A stretch of 32,000 nt of DNA from Corynebacterium glutamicum ATCC 13032 (GTDB lineage: Bacteria; Actinomycetota; Actinomycetes; Mycobacteriales; Mycobacteriaceae): positions 750,001-782,000 of the forward strand of contig NC_003450.3 of the NCBI RefSeq assembly GCF_000011325.1, written 5' to 3'. The position numbers and the translations under genes were made by a program. The notes under the pieces were generated by a model. It had not been told where the DNA came from. It made no database searches and was given only the letters and a program-made list of their open reading frames with translations. This document shows, piece after piece, positions 27,043 through 32,000 of this stretch (position 1 is its first letter; each line of letters opens with the position of its first letter).

Positions 27043-27048
27043 AGATTA
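27043..27048 (-). promoter_or_regulatory. Possible -10 hexamer (TAATCT on the minus strand) 7 nt upstream of the SNF2 ATG, which would imply a leaderless or near-leaderless transcript.
   Basis: The minus-strand reading is ...cgcgtTAATCTttaacctATG. No Shine-Dalgarno sits before this ATG, whereas the downstream genes have GAGGT or AAGGAG. TANNNT is the corynebacterial -10 core. This is pure pattern inference and I saw no convincing -35. Confidence 0.2.
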
Positions 27049-27104
27049 ACGCGTCTTAACAAAGTATTTGCGAATACGGTCCACTTTGTGGCAAAAACGC
27101 CACA

Positions 27105-27134
27105 CCCCGCAGCCCACGGTGGTGGGCTGCGGGG
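27105..27134 (-). terminator. Rho-independent terminator of the LCP gene, marking the right border of the defence island.
   Basis: A perfect 12-13-bp GC-rich stem (ccccgcagccca(c) / (g)tgggctgcgggg) with a 4-6-nt loop, 21 nt downstream of the LCP stop (27155). On the minus strand it is followed by tgtggcGTTTTTgccac, which is a T-run plus a second small hairpin. Confidence 0.65.
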
Positions 27135-27154
27135 AGGCGTCGAAAAGCGGGGTT

Positions 27155-28711
27155 TTAGTTAACGCAACGGGGACCGTCGCCACCAGCATCGAACTCGGGG
27201 CTTTCAATCGGTTCACCGACGTCCGCACCGGGCTGGCCGACGGTGCTGGATGTCACGGCGTTTGCTTCCGCGGTAGGGCCAGCGTAATCGCCGGCGGATA
27301 CGACGATGACGGTGTTGTCGTCGAGGGAAGAGTTGGCCACGATGGGGAGGCCGCCGAGGGCTTCGGAAATCGCGAGGGCCTTGGCGCTGTCTTCTTCGGC
27401 GGCGAGGATCTGGGACTCGTAGTAGAGGCCTTCCGCTGCGTTGCCGGTCTCTGCGATGGAGTAACCCAATTCCTGCAGTTGCGCGGCGATACCGTTGGCG
27501 AGGCCTTCGACGTAGGAAGCGTTGAGGACGTGGACCTCGACTTCGCTTAGGTCAGGGGCCTGATCAGCAGATTGATCGTCGGAGCCGTCTTCTGGAGCTG
27601 GCTCTGCTTCGCCGAGTGCTTCTTGGAAGAATGCATGCACCTGGTTGACATCGATGGTGACAACGGACTCGCCGTAATCGCCGGTGCCGTCGATAGAGGT
27701 AACCGGGATGGTGGCAAATGTGACGTTGCCGCCCGCGAGGTTCTGCAGCTGAGTGGCAAAGCTCATGATCTCCCAGCCTTCGTCGATGACGACGGAGCGG
27801 GTGACGGCATCAGCAAGTGCGGAAAGCTTTGCAGGGTTGGTGAGTGTTCCAGAAGACAGCACCTGATTAACAAGCGATGCCATATACGACTGCTGGCGGA
27901 CGATGCGGTCGAGGTCGCCGCGGGGGAGATCGTGGCGCTGGCGCACATAAGACAACGCATCGGAGCCACCGAGGGTTTGACGGCCTGCAGGGAAGTTGGC
28001 GCCGGATAAAGGCTCATCGACGGCGTTGTTGAGGCAGACTTCGACACCACCGACAGCATCGGTGAGCAGGACGAATCCCAAAAGGCCAACTTCGGCGTAG
28101 TGATCGACGGTGATGCCGGTGAGATCTGACACAGCATCGATCAAACCTTCTCGGCCAGCATCCTTCGCCCGGGTTTCCAGCTCTGACTCATTGGTGAAAC
28201 CCTGTTCCATGAGCTCAGCGCGACGGGCATCCTTGTACGCACCGTAAACGCCGTTGATCTTCATGTTGCCGTAATCGTCATCATGAATATAGGTATCGCG
28301 AGGAATCGACACAGCGGTGGCAGAGGAACCATCGTTAGGAACACGAATCACCATGATCGTATCGGTGTTGTCGTTCTCCTCGTCGCCTGCGCGGAGCATC
28401 GCCAGCTCCTCCTCAGTCAGCGTGTTGCCCTGAGCATCGGAACGGGAATCAGAACCCACCAACAAAATATCGGTAGCACCGTCAGCAGCATTGCCGTCCT
28501 GGATGCCGCGACCGCCACCAAGGTTCAAGTTGCCAGAAGCGACACCATCCACTTTTCCGACAGCAAGATACCCCAAACCCGATACCAACAACACCAGCAC
28601 TGAAACAAAAGCGACAACGCTTCGGAACACAGGATGGCCCGCTTGTTTAGTTGATTGCATTGCTGCCGGAGCAGGCTTAATGTCACGGACGGGACGATAC
28701 TTTTCAGTCAC
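27155..28711 (-). CDS. lcpA: LytR-CpsA-Psr (LCP) family cell-wall glycopolymer/arabinogalactan ligase, membrane anchored, with a C-terminal LytR_C-like domain.
   Basis: 518 aa. N-terminal TM helix VVAFVSVLVLLVSGLGYLAVG. LCP motifs DILLVGSDSRSD, TDTIMVIRVP, SIPRDTYI, DRIVRQQ. C-terminal VEVHVLNASYVEGLANGIAAQLQELGY. The symbol is by analogy with the essential C. glutamicum LcpA (Mtb Rv3267-type), from memory and from synteny with wbbL/manC/whiB2. Confidence 0.85.
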   Translation of the reverse strand: MTEKYRPVRDIKPAPAAMQSTKQAGHPVFRSVVAFVSVLVLLVSGLGYLAVGKVDGVASGNLNLGGGRGIQDGNAADGATDILLVGSDSRSDAQGNTLTEEELAMLRAGDEENDNTDTIMVIRVPNDGSSATAVSIPRDTYIHDDDYGNMKINGVYGAYKDARRAELMEQGFTNESELETRAKDAGREGLIDAVSDLTGITVDHYAEVGLLGFVLLTDAVGGVEVCLNNAVDEPLSGANFPAGRQTLGGSDALSYVRQRHDLPRGDLDRIVRQQSYMASLVNQVLSSGTLTNPAKLSALADAVTRSVVIDEGWEIMSFATQLQNLAGGNVTFATIPVTSIDGTGDYGESVVTIDVNQVHAFFQEALGEAEPAPEDGSDDQSADQAPDLSEVEVHVLNASYVEGLANGIAAQLQELGYSIAETGNAAEGLYYESQILAAEEDSAKALAISEALGGLPIVANSSLDDNTVIVVSAGDYAGPTAEANAVTSSTVGQPGADVGEPIESPEFDAGGDGPRCVN

Positions 28712-28750
28712 GTGCTGCTAACCCTTCGCGGTAATTAGATTGTCGGTCAA

Positions 28751-28770
28751 GTTCTGTATGTGTTCTGTAT
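28751..28770. repeat. Tandem direct repeat gttctgtat-gt-gttctgtat (11-bp register) in the divergent lcpA / GT2 intergenic region. Possible regulator binding site.
   Basis: Read directly: 28751-28759 and 28762-28770 are identical 9-mers. Confidence 0.5.
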
Positions 28771-28968
28771 TTATGGAGCGGGGGTTTTCATACGCGGCCA
28801 TTGGCTGCTTGGGGCGGCCTTGGCGACTTTAGGCTGCTGAACTGTGCTCAAAAGCTTGTGTGCCGGTGTCCTCTCGGCAAGCGAGAAGCCCCGATGAAAT
28901 TATGAAAAACCATAGGTTCTGGACAATTCTAAGCCATATGAGGGTGTTTTCCTCATCGGTTATCGGGA

Positions 28969-29913
28969 GTGGCGGATACTTCTTGCAAACTTAAACCACT
29001 ATGCTTTCGCTTCGTGAGTACTTTGAAATCCCCCATCGCTGTGATCACAGTGACCTATTCACCAGGTAAATACTTGGCGTCGTTCCTGGATTCTTTGCCT
29101 GGTGCGACTTCACGAGACACCCACGTTGTGATGGCAGACAATGGTTCTGTGGACGGTGTTCCTGAGCAGGCAGCAGCCTCACGCAGCAACGTGGAGTTCC
29201 TCTCAACTGGCGGCAACTTAGGCTACGGAACGGCTATTAATATTGCCGCCCGATCGTTGCGTGCGCGCCGGGAGGCAGGAGAGATCGATGGGGAGTTCTT
29301 CCTCGTCTCAAACCCTGATGTTGTTTTTGACGAAGACTCTATTGATCAATTGCTTGAATGTGCGAAACGTCACCCTGAAGCAGGAGCGGTTGGCCCGTTG
29401 ATCCGTGAGGCGGACGGTTCGGCGTATCCGTCGGCTCGGGCGGTACCCACTTTGGCGAATGGCATTGGTCACGCTTTGTTGGGTGCTGTGTGGAAATCCA
29501 ATCCGTGGTCGGCGGCTTACCGTGACGATGAAGATATGGACACTGAGCGCACTGCTGGCTGGCTGTCGGGATCGTGCCTGTTATTAAGGTGGGATGCGTT
29601 TGATCGAGTTGGTGGTTTTGATGAGCGCTACTTCATGTACATGGAAGACGTTGACCTGGGAGATCGGCTGGTTCGCGCCGGTTTCACCAACGTCTTTTGC
29701 CCAAGTGCGCAGATCATCCACGCGAAAGGTCATGTTGCGGGTAAAAACCCAGAGAACATGTTGCCCGCACACCACGAGAGCGCGTATCGCTTCCAGGCTG
29801 ATCGCCTCGCGAAGCCGTGGCAAGCCCCAATTCGGTTGGCTCTGCGAATTGGTTTGAAATTACGAGCCGGAGTCGCGGTTGGTGTCTCTAAGATGAGAAC
29901 GAAAGCCTCTTAG
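28969..29913 (+). CDS. wbbL: Family 2 glycosyltransferase, WbbL-like rhamnosyltransferase (arabinogalactan linker-unit synthesis).
   Basis: GT2 hallmarks: IAVITVTYSPGKYL, VVMADNGSVDG, NLGYGTAIN, LVSNPDVVF, GWLSGSCLLLRWDAFDRVGGFDERYFMYMEDVDLGDR. The ORF-track start (GTG 28969) has no usable SD. An in-frame GTG at 29014 (VSTLKSPIAVITV...) is an equally plausible start. The symbol comes from synteny with Mtb Rv3265c, from memory. Confidence 0.8.
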   Translation: MADTSCKLKPLCFRFVSTLKSPIAVITVTYSPGKYLASFLDSLPGATSRDTHVVMADNGSVDGVPEQAAASRSNVEFLSTGGNLGYGTAINIAARSLRARREAGEIDGEFFLVSNPDVVFDEDSIDQLLECAKRHPEAGAVGPLIREADGSAYPSARAVPTLANGIGHALLGAVWKSNPWSAAYRDDEDMDTERTAGWLSGSCLLLRWDAFDRVGGFDERYFMYMEDVDLGDRLVRAGFTNVFCPSAQIIHAKGHVAGKNPENMLPAHHESAYRFQADRLAKPWQAPIRLALRIGLKLRAGVAVGVSKMRTKAS

Positions 29914-30085
29914 ACCGTCGACGACCACCGGACGGTGAATTCAACTCATTTCAGGCAAATGTAAAGTGAATCTACATTAATTTTCTGAAATGGATTTGCT
30001 GCGGCCCCGGAATTACCCTTTTCGCGGCCGTCATCAAATTTGTACCCCCTTAAAGACACCCTAAACACGAGTGAAATAGGAACAC

Positions 30086-31174
30086 ATGACTTTAACTGAC
30101 AACAGCAAAAACGTTGATGCTGTCATCTTGGTCGGTGGCAAAGGTACCCGACTGCGCCCCCTGACCGTCAATACTCCAAAGCCAATGCTGCCAACTGCTG
30201 GCCACCCATTCTTGACCCACCTTTTGGCCCGCATCAAGGCCGCAGGCATCACACACGTCGTGCTGGGAACGTCATTCAAAGCTGAAGTCTTCGAGGAATA
30301 CTTCGGAGATGGCTCCGAAATGGGCTTGGAAATTGAATATGTCGTCGAGGATCAGCCTTTGGGCACTGGTGGTGGCATCCGAAACGTCTACGACAAGCTG
30401 CGTCACGATACTGCGATTGTGTTCAACGGCGATGTGCTCTCCGGTGCGGATCTCAACAGCATTCTGGACACCCACCGCGAAAAGGACGCAGATCTGACCA
30501 TGCATCTCGTGCGCGTAGCTAACCCTCGTGCGTTTGGTTGCGTCCCCACCGATGAGGATGGTCGCGTCAGCGAATTCCTTGAAAAGACCGAAGATCCACC
30601 AACCGATCAGATCAACGCCGGCTGCTACGTGTTCAAGAAGGAACTCATCGAGCAGATCCCGGCAGGCCGAGCAGTTTCCGTCGAGCGCGAAACCTTCCCT
30701 CAGCTGTTGGAAGAAGGCAAGCGAGTCTTCGGCCACGTCGACGCTTCCTACTGGCGCGACATGGGCACCCCAAGCGACTTCGTCCGCGGCTCGGCTGACC
30801 TGGTCCGCGGCATTGCGTACTCCCCATTGCTCGAAGGCAAAACAGGAGAGTCGCTTGTCGACGCCTCCGCCGGCGTTCGCGACGGCGTCCTGCTGCTCGG
30901 CGGAACCGTAGTCGGCCGCGGCACTGAGATCGGTGCCGGCTGCCGCGTTGACAACACTGTTATTTTCGACGGCGTCACCATTGAACCAGGTGCGGTCATT
31001 GAAAATTCCATCATTTCCTCGGGAGCACGCATCGGTGCTAATGCGCACATCTCCGGTTGCATCATTGGCGAGGGCGCACAGGTTGGTGCTCGGTGTGAAC
31101 TCAACGCAGGGATGCGCGTCTTCCCAGGCGTTGTGATCCCAGACAGCGGAATTCGTTTTTCGTCTGATCAGTAG
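30086..31174 (+). CDS. manC: Mannose-1-phosphate guanylyltransferase / NDP-sugar pyrophosphorylase with a C-terminal left-handed beta-helix.
   Basis: 362 aa. AGGAA SD 5 nt upstream of the ATG. N-terminal AVILVGGKGTRLRPLT nucleotidyltransferase signature, and EDQPLGTGGG. The C-terminal hexapeptide-repeat region is GTEIGAGCRVDNTVIFDGVTIEPGAVIENSII. Syntenic with Mtb Rv3264c. Confidence 0.85.
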   Translation: MTLTDNSKNVDAVILVGGKGTRLRPLTVNTPKPMLPTAGHPFLTHLLARIKAAGITHVVLGTSFKAEVFEEYFGDGSEMGLEIEYVVEDQPLGTGGGIRNVYDKLRHDTAIVFNGDVLSGADLNSILDTHREKDADLTMHLVRVANPRAFGCVPTDEDGRVSEFLEKTEDPPTDQINAGCYVFKKELIEQIPAGRAVSVERETFPQLLEEGKRVFGHVDASYWRDMGTPSDFVRGSADLVRGIAYSPLLEGKTGESLVDASAGVRDGVLLLGGTVVGRGTEIGAGCRVDNTVIFDGVTIEPGAVIENSIISSGARIGANAHISGCIIGEGAQVGARCELNAGMRVFPGVVIPDSGIRFSSDQ

Positions 31175-31563
31175 GCATTTTTAGCCCTTTTGGACGGGCG
31201 TTTTCACAGCGACCGTTCGGGGGCGAAAATGTTTTTGGTTGAGCGGTTTTTGGAGATTATGCAGCACTGCTTATACTTGTAGGGAGTGCTGATCTTGTGG
31301 CAGAATCTGTCTAATTAAGATTAATGACACAATATGTAGTACCCCCGGAAAATGCCCCCGCGAGAGGGCTTTTGTGACTGGTGTGAATATTGTGAATTAA
31401 CCGGCGGAAGTTTGGCTGATTTTTTCTGTAACGGTTGACGGCGATGTACCAGCACGTGTGTAATCGCTTGGGAGAAGGAAAAATTTTCCAAACCTGCTCG
31501 GGGACCAACATCCCCGATGAGAACAGACTTAAAGTAGCTTTGAAAGTGAGAGGGGGGCGAGTA

Positions 31564-31878
31564 ATGGAAGATTCAGCTGGGGACGTATCTGCAAAGTTGA
31601 AAGCAGGCCAGACTCGCACCGCACTGGAGATGACTTTGGATGATCTGTTCGGAGCGGTTGAGCAAGAATGGCAGGAGCAGGCGCTGTGTGCGCAAACTGA
31701 TCCTGAAGCATTCTTTCCAGAAAAAGGTGGCTCAACTCGCGAAGCCAAGCGGATCTGCCAGGGCTGCCCGGTTCGGGATGAATGCCTAGAGTTTGCTCTT
31801 GAGCATGATGAACGCTTTGGAATTTGGGGTGGTCTCTCTGAACGTGAGCGCCGCCGCCTGAAACGCGAAATTTCGTAA
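31564..31878 (+). CDS. whiB2: WhiB-family Fe-S transcription factor (WhiB2/WhmD/WhcD type).
   Basis: Four-Cys WhiB signature C-x(21)-C-x2-C-x5-C (CAQTDPEAFFPEKGGSTREAKRICQGCPVRDEC) followed by GIWGG and a basic tail RERRRLKR. I prefer the ATG at 31564 because of the strong GAGAGGGGGG SD 4-13 nt upstream. The ORF-track start at 31435 is an upstream in-frame extension. Confidence 0.85.
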   Translation: MEDSAGDVSAKLKAGQTRTALEMTLDDLFGAVEQEWQEQALCAQTDPEAFFPEKGGSTREAKRICQGCPVRDECLEFALEHDERFGIWGGLSERERRRLKREIS

Positions 31879-31893
31879 AACTTCAAGACCAGT

Positions 31894-31930
31894 AAGCGAA
31901 CCTTTAATTAATTGAGGGTTCGCTTTTGTT
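31894..31930 (+). terminator. Rho-independent terminator of the whiB gene.
   Basis: A 9-bp stem (aagcgaacc / ggttcgctt) around a 14-nt AT-rich loop, followed by ttgtt. It begins 16 nt after the stop codon. Confidence 0.55.
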
Positions 31931-32000
31931 CTTGGCTGCACCGGCTTCTAAAAGACCAAAACCGGCGTGTTTTTAGAGCTACTTTGGTCTCGATCGCTAC

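Noticed and set aside
8281-27154. Search for direct repeats (att sites) at the two junctions of the 18.9-kb insertion.
   Set aside because: The only shared string I found by eye is cggtggt (7 nt), which lies inside each border hairpin. That is too short to call, so no att sites are claimed.
30272-31048. A 258-aa minus-strand ORF antisense to the guanylyltransferase gene, and a 191-aa ORF (31311-31886) antisense to whiB.
   Set aside because: The sense-strand genes have unambiguous family signatures and proper SDs. The antisense ORFs have none and are compositional artefacts.
1-32000. CRISPR arrays, rRNA or tRNA genes, IS elements, integrases, a retron-like RT and PLD/HKD nuclease motifs.
   Set aside because: No spaced repeat arrays, no DDE, tyrosine- or serine-recombinase-like ORFs, no YxDD motif and no HxKxxxxD motif were seen in any long ORF. 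These absences rest on visual inspection only.

Overview
The window looks like an actinobacterial chromosome segment of Corynebacterium type. From memory it resembles the C. glutamicum lcpA-wbbL-manC-whiB2 cell-envelope neighbourhood, but I could not run a search to confirm this.

Core genes (27.1-32 kb): an LCP (LytR-CpsA-Psr) protein on the minus strand, then a GT2 rhamnosyltransferase-like gene, a mannose-1-phosphate guanylyltransferase and a WhiB-family regulator on the plus strand.

Defence island (about 1-27 kb): one uninterrupted minus-strand block of intact, very large helicase, methylase and nuclease-type genes. I read it as a composite anti-phage defence island with these parts:
- 1-7395: a 1233-aa protein with no recognisable motifs, followed 8 nt later by a DEAD/DEAH helicase of at least 1228 aa that runs off the left edge and is absent from the ORF track. 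The pair has a Druantia type III-like (DruH/DruE) layout.
- 7627-8280: a small conserved actinobacterial gene (TIGR03089-like) stranded between the modules.
- 8361-10796: a GmrSD-type DUF262/DUF1524 enzyme.
- 10903-27035: SNF2 ATPase, 1532-aa N6-adenine methyltransferase, a 2100-aa helicase fused to a DUF1998-like zinc domain with an endonuclease-like tail, and a UvrD-like helicase with a RelE/ParE-like N-terminus.

The last cluster has DISARM class-1 gene content and order, but DrmA and DrmB are fused and there is no PLD gene. It is my best candidate for an undescribed variant system.

I found no rRNA, tRNA, CRISPR array, integrase or transposase. All family assignments come from motifs read by eye in the translations. 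No HMM, BLAST or structure search was possible, so they are hypotheses to verify.
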